Shown here piece after piece: positions 1 to 14,119 of a stretch of DNA of 64,000 nt (position 1 is its first letter; every line of letters starts with the position of its first letter). Source of the DNA: Octopus sinensis. Taxonomy: Eukaryota. The notes beneath the pieces were generated by a model. The model did no database searches, was not told where the DNA came from, and saw nothing but the letters and a program-made list of their open reading frames with translations. The position numbers and the translations under genes were made by a program. The DNA lies in the NCBI RefSeq assembly GCF_006345805.1, contig NC_042999.1:90334001-90398000 (forward strand). The letters are read 5' to 3'.

Positions 1-652
1 CTAGAAGTATGTAAGCGAGTCCTAGCAAGACCACTGCAGTCCCTCTTTCAGAGCTTCCTTGCAACTGGTAAACTTCCAAGAAGGAGGGTAAAATATGCCC
101 TATTCATAAAAGAGGTAGCAGAGCAGAGGCCAAGAACTACAGACCTATCTCTCTGACCCCACACATCAGCAAGGTCATGGAATGAATAGACAGAAGAAAA
201 CTAATCACCTTCCTTGAAGAAAATGATTTGCTGCCTAACACCCAACATGGTTTCTGACCTGGAAGAAGCTGCCTAACTCAGCTCTTACAACACTATGGCT
301 GGGTGCTGAAATAGCTACTCAACCACTCAAATGTGTAAGTGATATATCTTGACTTTGCAAAGTCGATCATGGAATGATATGTCACAAACTGCTTGATCTC
401 AGCGTAGTTGGAAAATTGGGAGAATGGCTTCATGACTTTCTGAAGGATAGAAATCAGGTGGTAGTTGCTAATGGGGCCACCTCCAATGACACACAAATAG
501 TGAGCGGTGTTCCGCAAGGCACTATTTTGTGACCACTACTGTTCATAATGGCCCTCTCAGACATGCCCTCAGCAACATAGAAAGCCACAATCACAAGTTA
601 TGCAAATGATACAAAAGTCTCACAGGTAATACAGAAACCTGAAGACACGATC
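1..652 (+). mobile_element. Decayed CR1-like LINE reverse-transcriptase fragment
   Basis: Translates, with stops and frameshifts, to KNYRPISLT, QHGFxPGRSCLTQLL, IYLDFAK, VSGVPQGTIL and YAND (degenerate YADD). Confidence 0.9.
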
Positions 653-660
653 AAGGGAAC

Positions 661-667
<7 letters not shown>

Positions 668-730
<63 letters not shown>

Positions 731-1069
731 TACACACACACACATATATATATTAATATATATATATATTTATATATATATATATAAACACATATATATT
801 ATGTATATACACACATATATATATTATATATATATATACACATATATATTACTATATATATATATATATACACATATATATTACATATATATATATATAT
901 ACACATATATATTACATATATATATATATACACATATATATTACATATATATATATATACACATATATATTACATATATATATATATACACATATATATT
1001 ACATATATATATATATACACATATATATATATATATACACATATTATATATATACACATATATATTGCA

Positions 1070-1105
<36 letters not shown>

Positions 1106-1121
1106 CACATATATATATTGC

Positions 1122-1154
<33 letters not shown>

Positions 1155-1279
1155 ACACATATATATATTGCATATATATATATATATACATATATATATT
1201 AATATATTATATATATACACATAATATATATATACACATATATATATATATACACATATAATATATACATATATATTGC

Positions 1280-1310
<31 letters not shown>

Positions 1311-1765
1311 CACATATATATATTGCATATATATATATACATATACACATATATATATTGCATATATATATATATATATACATATATATTTATATATATA
1401 TATATATATACACATATATATATATTATATATATATATACACACATATATTATATATATACACATATATAATTATATATATATATACACAATATATATAT
1501 TATATATATATCACATATATATATTATATGTATACACACACACATATATATATATACACACATATATAATCTATATACAATATATATATATACATACACA
1601 CATATATATATACATAATATATATATACACACACACACATATATACATATATATACACATAATATATACATACACATATATATTATATATACTATATATA
1701 TATATAATAGTATATATATATATATTTATATATACACACACATATATATTATATATATATATATA

Positions 1766-1806
<41 letters not shown>

Positions 1807-2170
1807 CACACACATATATATTATATATATATATATCTATATATATATATATTATATATATATATATTTATATATACACACACATATATTATATATTATA
1901 TATATACTATATATATATATATATAGTATATATATATATATTTATATATATACACACATATATTATATATATATATATATACTATATATATATATATATA
2001 GTATTATATATATATTATATTATACACACATATATATATATATATACTATATATAATATATATATTTATATATATACACACATATATTATATATATATAT
2101 ATACTATATATATATATATTTATATATATACCACATATATTATATATATATATATACTATATATATATAT
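668..2170. repeat. Long degenerate (TA)n/(TACA)n microsatellite array
   Basis: About 1.5 kb almost entirely of TA runs interrupted by CA/TT. Confidence 0.97.
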
Positions 2171-2171
2171 A

Positions 2172-2494
2172 AAAGACTCCGCCGGTTACGACGACGAGGG
2201 TCCCAGCTGATACGATCAACGAACAGCCTGCTCGTGAAATTAACGTGCAAATGGCTGAGCATTCCACAGACACGTGTACCCTTAACGTAGTTCTCGGGGA
2301 TAATCAGCGTGACACAGAGAGTGACAAGGCTGACCCTTTGAAATACAAGTACAACTCATTTTTGCCAGCTGAGTGGACTGGAGCAACATGAAATAAAGTG
2401 TCTTGCTCAAGGACACAACGCGTCGCCGGGAATCAAACTCACAACCTTACGATCATGAGCCGAATGCCCTAACCACTAAGCCACGCGCCCTCAC
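2172..2494 (-). mobile_element. tRNA-derived SINE with a CORE-like central block
   Basis: Minus-strand head gtgagggcgcgTGGCTTAGTGG (A box) ... GAGTTTGATTCC (B box), followed by tgtgtccttgagcaagacactt. Confidence 0.85.
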
Positions 2495-2603
2495 ATATAT
2501 ATATATAGTATATATATATATATATTTATATATACACACACATATATTATATACAATATATATATATAGTATATATATTTATATATACACACACATATTA
2601 TAT

Positions 2604-2655
<52 letters not shown>

Positions 2656-2746
2656 CACCACATATATTATATACAATATATATCTGTCTAATAAGGCCCG
2701 AAACATATGTACCGCTGAATCCTTGGCATCATGTTTTTATTTTGAT

Positions 2747-2783
<37 letters not shown>

Positions 2784-3176
2784 TATACACATATGTTATA
2801 TATATAACCCATGCTAGCATGGAAAGCGGACGCTAAATGATGATGATATGTTATGTATATATATACATATATAATATATACATACATATATATACACATA
2901 CATATATATTTTATATAATATATAGATACATATATATAATATATATTCTCATAAATACATGCATATATGTATATGTATATATATATTCTCATAAATACAT
3001 GCATATATGTATATATATATATATATATATAATATATATTCACATAAATACATGTGTGTGTGTGTATATATATATATACATATATATATATAATTTATAT
3101 TCACATAAATACATGCATATATGTGCATGTATATATACATATATGTATATAATTTATATTCATATAGATACATGCA

Positions 3177-3215
<39 letters not shown>

Positions 3216-3285
3216 TATATTCACATAGATACATGCATATATGTGTATATATATATATAATATATATTCACATAAATACATGCAA
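2495..3285. repeat. TA microsatellite with a short RTE 3' tip (about 2808-2845) and a minisatellite built on tattc(a/t)cataaatacatgc
   Basis: About 7 copies of the anchor motif between 2940 and 3285, separated by variable TA runs. Confidence 0.9.
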
Positions 3286-5959
3286 TCACAAATTTAGTAC
3301 ATGTTATAAGAATATCATATGTAAATGTTATAAGTAGTTATTAAGCTAAATCTATCACATGCTAAATTTATGTGTTAGATTTGTAAAGCAAACTAAATCT
3401 ATCTGTAAAATGATGGAAATAACGAATGTTGAAAGACAATATCTAATGGATAAAAATGTTCTTAATCAGGATTACTGGTTATGCACTTCACATTTACTCT
3501 TAATATTATCAATACTTGAACAAAATCAAGGTTAAAAGAAATACTCTATTTATTGCTACTCTAGTTCATAATTAGCCATATTGAAATTGTAATATATTTT
3601 TAGTGTAAGTTATTTCAAAAATGAATTGGAAAATTTTATTTTATATAATCTAATTGCAAATAAATGCTGAAGAGGGGAAATTAATTAAAGGTTTGACTGG
3701 TAAGTTGTGGCATAAGTGGATGCAAAGATCATGTCTTTATTAATGCAAAAGTGCTAAATACATATCTGATGATTTAAAATAACGTTTTTTTTTATTCTTA
3801 CAACTATGTCTGCTAACATCCAAAATGTATAATCTTAGGCAAATAATTTAAAATAAAACATGATAGATATAATCAAGTTTGCAAGACTAAAAGGGTGATA
3901 CTTTAATCTATATTAGCCAACATTTAATGAGAAAGTGAAAGGAATCCAAACTGCAGTTAGTTTTTTATTATTTTATAACTATCTATAATTATTTTAGCTT
4001 ATAACATTCTCTCTATGGAATACTATTTCAATTAAAAAGATTAAACTATTGTTTTTTAGTTTATCTTAACTTGAAATGGATTCCATTTCAAAAGAAAGTA
4101 GTTGAACTAAACAGAAATAAATCAACTTACTATCAGAAATATCTGATCTGTAGAATGAAAAGCATAAAAGATAATTTTAACCAATCAAATTATGGAGTTT
4201 TATATTCTGATAAAAATAATTACATAGAATAAATGAGATGAATTGCATAACTAATATAGAATATTAACATTTAGAAAAGCCAGCATTTCTATGATAATTA
4301 TATTATGACATAGTTTAATAAATTAATAACAGTTATTAAATAATATTAAACTTCAGTCATGCTTATATTTAATCAGAATATGAGTTGCTAGTGTAAATTA
4401 GATATATGCAACAGATTTGTAGAAATGAGAAAAAATGGTCTAGAGAAGTATGAAGAATACTAAATCTTATAATTTTAACAAATGTGACTATAATCATAAT
4501 GAAGCATTAAGATACTTTCCAAGAATTTAAAATTCTAACAATTCCTACAAACAACATTAAAGTTTTTTAAACTTGTATGGTCATTTACAGTTTACAGTGG
4601 GATTTCTGTAAATGTAATGAAAATAACATACAGTTATATAATTTAATTTATAATCATTAATATTATTCAGAACTGAAAAATTTTAGTTTCAAAATATGAG
4701 ATTTAAAAGTGTAGAAATAATAGACAGATAATAGATTCTTAGAGATTTCTGATTAAATATGAAATTTAAATTTACAAGAGCTAATGGAAAAAGTGAAATA
4801 CACACAGTGCCAACAAGACCTAAAGACAAGATAATACAAAATCTAAAAACTTTCCCAAGGTAAACACTTTAAGAAACACTTCCTAAGATACAGGAATCTA
4901 CCACAAGAACCAACCAGACTAAAAACAAGATGTGGAAAATAGTAAAATAAATAATCCAATGTAAAACTGTAAGCTGATAGGCTATAAATATATTACTTGA
5001 TGTAAAAATTAAACCAAAACAAGACAGGGCTACATGACTGGGCAATAGAGAAAATCCATTCCATAGATATAAAACCTGATATCAAAAGGCAGCTTCCAAG
5101 AAAGTGATATCCACTGATTTATCTCAGAAATGACAGTAAAAGAGCTTAAGATCAATGCAGACAGCATGGATGTATCATATATACAGGGTTTCCTCCCTCA
5201 AATTCATTATTGTCAACCTCAATTTCATTATCTTTAGTCTCAGTTACATTGTTGTCTATCTAAATTTAGTCGTTGTCAACTTAATTGTCATCACTGTGAG
5301 ATGGAGCAAATTTCTTTATGAACAGACATTAATATCAGTGGTTATTTGTTGCAGGATTGTAAAAGAATGTAAACATAAAAATGTTTTGTAAAGGATTACG
5401 ATTTCTGTACAATAAATAGTCACCCCTTTATATTATTGTAAATATATAGGCATTTAATACATTAGACTTATGTAAAACTCATACTATATCACACACACAC
5501 ACAAATGACAAACAAAATCAATTTAATCTTTTATTTGTTACTCCTATTTCGTAACTGTTTTAGCATATTCCAAATTCAGCACAATCATTTTTAATAATAA
5601 ATGTCAGCCCTGTGTCAATTAATACATATGTATATGTAGGTTGATTTAAGGATGTTGAACCTCATGTGGATGACAAAGGACCAGGATGACTGATAATTAT
5701 CAAGTTATCTCTCCTTCTCAACCATTAAACATCTCTCACTCTTCCCATGCACTGCCTGACACTACCCTTATCCTTAACCAACACATCCACATGTCATCCC
5801 TCTTTCTCTCTCATCCTTTTACTGTTTATGTTATTATTCTTACTATTCTACTGCTCTTCACAACCTTCTATACTGTCACTCATCACATTCTCCTGCCTTC
5901 CCCTTCCAACTTATGCATCATTGATCACCCCTCACCATCTTTGTTCACCATTCACTACA

Positions 5960-6255
5960 TCCAGGACTGGGAGTTGTGGCAATTTGCTGTACTTGAGAAG
6001 ACAGGTCAAGCTAAGTAAAATCATTGTCATTCATACATACAGGCTTGTCCTTTACAAGTTCTGGACCTGTGCCAATGGCATGTAAAAAGCACCCAGCACA
6101 CTGTAAAGTGGTTGGCATTAGAAAAGGTATCCAGCCATAGAAACCATGTCACAACAGACAATAGGAATCTGGGCAGCTCCCCGGCTGGTCAGATCCTGTC
6201 AAACTGTCCAACCCATGTCAGTATAGAAAGCAGTTATTAAATATAATGATGAACC
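5960..6255 (+). mobile_element. RTE LINE 3' end (ORF C-terminus WQFAVLEKTGQAK* plus 3' UTR)
   Basis: The ORF end is followed by the gtggcatgtaaaaagcac ... gtggttggcattagaaaagg ... ccaacccatg block shared with many copies in this window. Confidence 0.8.
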
Positions 6256-7379
6256 AACCTCTTCAGACATCACCTATTCTTCCCAACTTTCCTTTGAATG
6301 TATATTTATCATCGTTCCTCATTCATTTTATTTGTCCCTTCACATAAACTCTATGAAGTAGCTGATATTAGGAAGGGTATTTAGCTGTATAAGCCATAAA
6401 ATCGACATTGGAATATTATGCAGTCCCTGGGTTCATCAGATCTTGTCATACCATCCAATCCATGTCAGCAGGGAAGACAGGCATAAAAAAATGAAGACAT
6501 ACACATAAGACACACAAGTTTTGTGATACAAACAGGAAAATACAACTCAAAACATGAGTATATATATTTACACACAAACATATATATATACGCACATATA
6601 AATATACATACACACACATATATACCCACAATATAATCACACCTACACTAACTACTCCCACACCAATACTCTTCCTCATTTGCATACCTCCATACATCCC
6701 AAGAAACCACCTGCAACACAACACATTCCTCCTCCTAAGCCCATTTTCTACACAATCTGTACATCACTTCTATCACCACACACACACACACACTTCTCCA
6801 GCTGGTGTACCCATGTATTTTTTTTACTACAAAATATCTGTTCATGCCTCTCCTTTCTACTTTAGATAATATATGGCACAAAGCCACCGCCTTTAATACT
6901 GCACCCACATTGCGTCAAGGGGTCTTCTCTTGTTTATTATTTTGTGATCCCAGTAGAGCTGGCATCATCCAATATACTCTGTAAAGCAATTGTCATTAAG
7001 AAAGGCATCCAGCGATAGAAACTTTGCCTAAGCAGACACTAGAAACCAAAACCCACAGGGTAGGTAGATCCTGTCAAACCATGCCAGCATTAAAAGAGGA
7101 TGATGATATACATACACACACATATCCTTTGTGTTTTACTTGTTTCAGTCATTAAACTGCAGCCATGCTGGGGTACTGCCGAGAAGAATTATTAGTCAAA
7201 TGAATTGATCCCAGTACTTTTGTTTTTAATGTCTGCGACTTCCTCTATAGGTTTCTTTTGCTGAACCACCAAAGTATGGAGACAAAAGCACATACACACA
7301 CATACATATAAATGTGTGTGTGAGTGTGTGTGTGTAAGGTACAAAGCCTGTTTTATGAAAAAAAGGGTAGTTCATATCA

Positions 7380-7765
7380 GATAAGACCTAGAAGAAACAT
7401 GTGATCTGCTCAAAGTGCTTACTGAACAAACTCAAGCACTCCAAAAAATCTGACATGTTCTAGTTCTTTTCAGATGAGAAGTATGTAGTCCAAAATTACA
7501 ATGCAAATAGAAGGAATGATAGATGACTCTGTACCAGCCACACTGAAGTGCTCACTGTGCATAAGCACACCAAATTCCCATTGTGTGTGACGGCCTTGAG
7601 TGGGTGGGAGGGCATGAGCAATGAAGGTCACATCAGGCCTCCACACTTTTTCCCCACAAGATCTTAGGGTCACTGCAGTGGGCTACATTGAGATAACAAA
7701 GGCTGTTGTCAAGTCTCAGATAGAGTTGCTCAAGGGTGACTGTACGTGTAAATGAAGCTTTTTGA
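7380..7765 (+). mobile_element. Dead Tc1/mariner (maT-like) transposase fragment
   Basis: Conceptual translation FSDEK...NRRNDR*LC...HKHTKFPLCV...SNEGHIRPPHFF resembles the first catalytic-D region of maT transposases; contains stops and frameshifts. Confidence 0.75.
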
Positions 7766-7894
7766 AAATGAACTTAATCTTGTGGTTTCATGCCACTATG
7801 GTCTTCTGAATATCACAAAGATATGAAACTTGAGTCATGAAATAAAAGTTCAATTTTTGTGAACCATATTCTATGCAACATGCATATTGAGGAG

Positions 7895-7934
<40 letters not shown>

Positions 7935-10900
7935 AAGTGTTGGACAGGATTCAACATATATATATACACATATATACATATACATTCATATTTATAAACA
8001 TAAATACACACACACATACTCTATACAAATACTCAGTTCTTTCTTATATTATTTCCTTTTTTGTAAACTGAAGAGTGTATATATCTTAATAAAAAGAATT
8101 TAATGAACTAAGGAAGCAAGTTCATGACATGAATTTAGATTAGGTAATGTTTAATGCAATGAATGACACATTAAAATATTTTTTCTCAAGTGAAATTTCT
8201 CTGTAGTTGGAGATAGAAAACAAAGACCTAGTGGTAATAGCTAGTTTCAAATTATAAATATTTGTGTTACTAAATTTATAACAAGATTAAGGTAAAACTG
8301 GATCTTTGTTTGCAAACAAAGGACGATTATGGACAGGTTTTGGTCTCAATGGATTTCATTAGCATAAGTATACTTGTATGAGTTATGATCAGTTTACAAT
8401 AGGTTTTTGTAAGTAGAAAAGACATACAAAGGATTTTAGCCAGAATAATTTACATAAAGAAATATGTTTTATATATATTTTTTAACATGCAACTCATATT
8501 TGCTAAAAATACTTTTATACTTTTTCTTCTTGTAACTGATGAAACAAGGTCTAAGCAGCAGATAGTATTATGTTGATGAGTTTCAATGATAGCTGACCCC
8601 TTGCTTGAAAACCAAAAAAAATCAGTTTTTTCCCCAAGCTTGCAAATTCATTACATGAAACTAACTTTTAATTTCTTGAAATTATCTTCTTTTCTTTCTG
8701 TCACCAACAATTACTGTTCAGTTTTTGTTTTCTTTTGCCAAATGAGAAATTCCAAATAATTGAGAAGTCTTTGCATTGCAAGTCATTCAGCGCATAATCT
8801 TGTTACTTATTTAATTATATCAGTGCCTACACAGAAGTGTATATACACACACACAAACTTATATATTCATTTATATAATTATACAAGGATATATATTAAT
8901 TTTCTCTCTAATTAAATATACAAACATTTCATATATTTTTACCAAATTATAATATATTAACAAAAGTAAGCATCATTGATGGTTACAATATAAAATTCAT
9001 ATTCTTCTGAGACAAAATTCAGAAGATTATTTGGGTTAAATTACTATATATTTACCAGACTAGCTATGAAGGAGTGAAAAGCAGCCACTGATACATACAG
9101 CATGCAATTGATGATACAAAGATACAGAAAGAAAAAAAAAACGTACTCTACGGATCAAATATACAACAGTAGATCCACATTAACAATACTAATTACCAAA
9201 TGCAACAGTCCTAGATTATCAAGCACTCTAAGTTAGAAATATGAATATTCTAAAATATACTAAGAACTAATTCAACAGCAATTTTTAAGACAACTAGCAA
9301 AATGGTATGGTTTGAATTATTTCTAAATATATAAAAAAAAACATTGAAATTTTACAAATTTAATGTTAATGATTATGATTACTGAAACAATAGAGTAATA
9401 GCAATAGAAGCAATCAAATAGTATATAACCTGAGGGTTTACTCCATGTGTAGCATTTGGTGTGCTTGGTGACAGGCAAATATTATTTAGATTTTCTATCC
9501 TCTGGAATTTTTTCCCTTCAATTTCCCAACAAGCATTCAACTGCTGAAGTTCAAACTGAACATTAACAGCATCAATCCCACCAATCTCAGTGCATAGCAA
9601 GGTCCTTGAATCTTATTTCTCAGACAATAGCCAAAGTTACAACTTCCTCTGGACAAATGTTTTTACATATTTAATACATTTGTACCATGAATAATACTCA
9701 TTTCTCAAAAGGATTTTGATAAATCATAAGAAAACAAGTAACTGATTTTATACATTCCAACTGGAGAAAATCGAATCATCATCATCATTAGTTTAATACT
9801 TGTTTTACTATAATATCATAGGTAAGATTAATTTGCAACACAGCATCAAGATTAATTGCTTTTAATGTCATCTGGAGTGAATTGACATAATTTAGTTGCG
9901 AGCCATTTTTGTTGTAACTTAGATTGACTAACTTCTCTCTGTCCATAACCTAGCATACACTCATTTTAAATGTTATGTAATAAGCTATCAAACAAAATAA
10001 AAAAAAATCATTACTGCATCAACCAATATTTAATTTTATTACTAATAACTAACTTAGAGTGTATTGAGCCATTTTTTAGCTGAATAAATACAAGTTAAGC
10101 TGTCTGTACACGCAGCAGCTATTGGCTCAAATGCATTGGGTCCTGATTAGCCTTGTTACAATAACCACTGACAAGTATTACTTTGCAATTTTTCCCCTAA
10201 TGCATCTCTTTTCCTTAGCAGGATTTAATAATTATAGTGTTCTAGTTTCCACATCACTTGATGATAGGATGATTGAACAAAATTATAGCAGACTCTGATA
10301 ATATAACTTTAAAGTTCAGGTTTAGAAGTGGTGTGAGTAGATACCAGGATCTCTGTTTGATATCTGTGAAAAGTATGGATTAGCAAGTGGTGGAAAAATT
10401 TACTTTAAGAAATAATTTCTAAGGAAAAATTGACAAAAATTAAAGTCATGTAATTATTTGGGTAGTTTTTGGAAACTATTCTGAGAAGACATTTTACTCA
10501 AATGTACCAATTATTTTTACAATTTTGAGTAATATTACATTCAACAGTTTTAAAATTATCACAAGATAAAATTTAACTAACTTTGCCAATCTAACTGCTG
10601 ACTAGTTAATTCCTCAATCTAATAAGGGTATACTTGGTGATAAGTGATTAAATGGTGAGCCACAAATATGTAGATTACAAGTTTATAGGTTCCAGATTTA
10701 TCATAGAAAAAATATTTTGCCTTTAGATTATATCATTTACTCCAGATACTAAAAAGTGATTTTTAATACAACTTCAGGTTATGAACAAACAAAAGGCACA
10801 AATAGAAGTATTCAAACTAGTTCACAAGAATGATAAGATCTAGAAGGATGAAAAATTAATACAAAAAGTAACACAGGAATTTGAAACCTAAAAGAAATAT

Positions 10901-13900
10901 TGTTTCAAGATGATGTCTGGAAATGTTTTTAAGTATAGGAACATGTGTATATCAGTCAGTAGGAAGGAATGAAGTTGATACAATGCTATTGAGAAAAAGC
11001 AGCCAAAAGATACAGATGATTTGACAGCTAAAGCAGATGGTTAAAAAAATTTGACAAGTCAAATGTACAAATATACCACTGCATACAGACAGTTTCATTA
11101 AGACAGGAGAACTATAATGTGTTGAATGAGGTGCAAGCATCAATGTCAGAGTTAAACTTATGCTTAAATTTGAGTAATTCTAACTGAGCACAGGGGTTAG
11201 TAGAGTTTAATTAAACAAGAAGAGACTTGAAAAAAGTTGAATGTATGAGCTGAAAAATCAGTCAGTTATTAGATTTTTATGACCTTTTGTCCAGAATTAG
11301 CAAGAATATTTCTGCAACGACAAACAGTATGTCATTGGTTAAATGCATGTGAGAACTAAAGGAGAGAGACTAATGAACACGTTCATTATTGTTTTAATGA
11401 CATAAAATTGTTAAAGGAAACTACTGTAGAGTAAATGTGTATACAATTAACAGTGAATAATTTCAGGGATTTCATTAAAACAACAATTTTGATAAGAGAT
11501 TTATAAAGCTTAGAGTAGATACTCTAATTTTCATAACTTTTAGTTTTATCTTATCAAAATAAATAGAGCACTAATGTGACTGTTGCTATGCAAAAACACC
11601 AAAAAATTTTCCTTCACAAAAATAAGATACTAAAGTACCAGTCTACACTGTGGAAGAGAGCCAAACCAAGTTAACAATAAATTTAAGCCCAAAATCCTTA
11701 AGGACAAAATTTCAAGAATGTTCTGCTAAGAATAGTAAAAACATTTTCCTCCTGATTTAAAAAAAAGTTAAGTCATTCCTACAATGATGAATATCTTTAT
11801 AAAAACAGAGACTTACTTAACAATCTAAATCAGAGACTGATTTAACAATCTAAACCCACAGAGACTCATAATTCCAATCATATTACAAATTATTTCATTT
11901 GCAGATTATTATATTAGACACCAGTAAATAAGTTGATAGAATATATTGGGGATATGTTATAAAAGTACACAACAAAAGGAATCCAGTCATTGACAATTAC
12001 ATAAAACTATGCAAAACCTTGAAAACATTCAAGAGAAGAGTTTCATAGTTTTTGAATAGTACTATAAAATTTGCCCAAACAGTAATAAGATGCTTCATTG
12101 TTATGCTTGTTTTACTTCAGCATGTCAATAATAAATTGTTGCATCTTAGACACAATAGCCTGAATATGTTAGCTTAGCCACCTGACTTTTCTGCTAATCA
12201 TGTATTGAAGTACATGATTTATTTTACTTTACCAAACAGTTGCAATCTAGAATTTTCTCCTAAAAGCATTATTAAAAAATTAAAACTTGTAAATTCTCTG
12301 GATTTTTTCCAGCAAATAATATTTTTGTCTTTCCTAACAGTAGCATATAAATTATAAATATAGAATATTTAAATTTAAAATTTTCTTAAGAAAGTTATTG
12401 AATGTTTTCCTATCTTGTTTAATTTGATTTCTAAAAAAAAAAAGGAAATTTTAAACATCTCAATAACTATAAAGAAAAAAAATTGTTTAAAATATAGTCA
12501 AATTTAACATTCATTAAGAGATAACACTGAAGATTGATTTTCAATAAAAATGAATAAGTGGAAATGAGAGCTGGTGAGATAACAAATAATAAGAACAATA
12601 AAAGAAAATAAGAAAGAAATGAAACATCACTATCTACCTTATGTATAATATTACTACTATTTAAAGTTAATATTTCACAGTTGTTTTAATGCAAACTTTC
12701 ATCAGGTCATCTGTTTCAAGGAATCTTTTCAAATAGGAACTTCCAGCTCCACTATGTGTAACAGATACACCCACCTTTACTTCTTCATAAAAGCCAAATG
12801 GTAAAAAAAAAGTTGGCTTCTATAAAGATATACTTATCAAGTTGAAAATATTATGCCAATGGCTAAACCTTTTCAACTGATAAATGCTTTGAGAGTGAAG
12901 GTATTCCACAGCTATATTAAACATTTGTTGCCAGTGATTTTAAAATGTATATATTAATACTTGTTTATGATTGAATTTAGAAAGATATTCAGAACAATAA
13001 TGTGTGAATTTTGCATTATCTTCAAACATAACAAGTACTAATTAAATAAAAGATACCTTTTTCACAAAGAAAGAATCCATTAAAATTTACTTAATGATTT
13101 TTCATAATAATATAGGTAAAGAGTTCTAGAAATATTAATGTACAGCTTACCTAATTAGCCAATTCTCTTAAATTAAAATGGTTATTTCATATTTAAGTGG
13201 AAGGAAAATCTTGATTCATATTTATTCTGTTTATATAATTTGCAAATAACTAAAGATTTTTATATATTTTGTTAAATTTTGCAAAGAAATTTTAAAATAA
13301 TTTTACAGTGCTATATCTAAGCATTTCCCCCAAACTCTTTAAAGAAACTGCATTAAATAATTAAAACATTTTCTCTCTAACAATTAAAGCAAAGCTTCAA
13401 ACACTACAGACATTATACTTATGAAATATTTTTGATATCTGTTCTTAATTTATAAAATATATGTATTAATCAAAACATCCTATTTTCGTAGATTTAAAAT
13501 CATGTAATGAGGAAAGGATTTTGTTTCATAGTCATTAGTAAAAATATCATAGTTTAAAGAAATTAGATAATAACAAAAATCTTTAAACTGATGATTCACA
13601 ACTAAAATGGTGAACTTAAAGATAATTATGTTATGAAATTCACAAGTTTAATGGTTTATATATATAGCATAAAATTTTCATTTAGCCTAAAGCAGAATAA
13701 ATTTTAAATACTACACAATGAAGAAAGGTTATCTTCAATTAAGGTACCTTTTCTCATATTATATTAAGTTTGCATCATAAATTCAATTTAATAAATGAAT
13801 AATGTCATGCAAATACATTCATCAATACTCCTACTATATCAAAACAATATTAACATTTTTAACCAATAATCTATTCACTAAAATAATTTACTTATATGAT

Positions 13901-14010
13901 GAAGAGCTTTGCTTTAGTATCTATGTATAAGTGACCTTCAGGCATAATTTAGTGCTTAAAAGCTGCCTACAAGCATTCTAGAGCAAGTAAAACAGTAGCA
14001 TGCCGCATAC

Positions 14011-14119
14011 CAAGGGCAGCCACCATGTGCTCCTCATGCAAGCTTCTGGCCTCAGGATTTTTGGGTGAGTCCTCACCTTTCGATGAAAGGCTTTCTCTGC
14101 TTCCATAGGGGGATGAAAT
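14011..14119 (-). CDS. MADD: MADD exon: ISSPYGSRESLSSKGEDSPKNPEARSLHEEHMVAAL
   Basis: Acceptor ttgcag, donor gtatgc; 109 nt, phase 0 to 1. EARSLHEEHMVAAL corresponds to human DTRSLKEENFIASI. Confidence 0.88.

Noticed and set aside
801-3281. Many Y/I/H/T-rich ORFs
   Set aside because: Microsatellite artefacts.
9379-9600. 73-aa minus-strand ORF in the large downstream intron
   Set aside because: No acceptor gives an open phase-1 entry, the donor is weak and there is no MADD similarity.
11639-11647. 9-nt microexon-like ccacag|TGTAGACTG|gtactt
   Set aside because: In the phase-1 context it creates an in-frame TAG.
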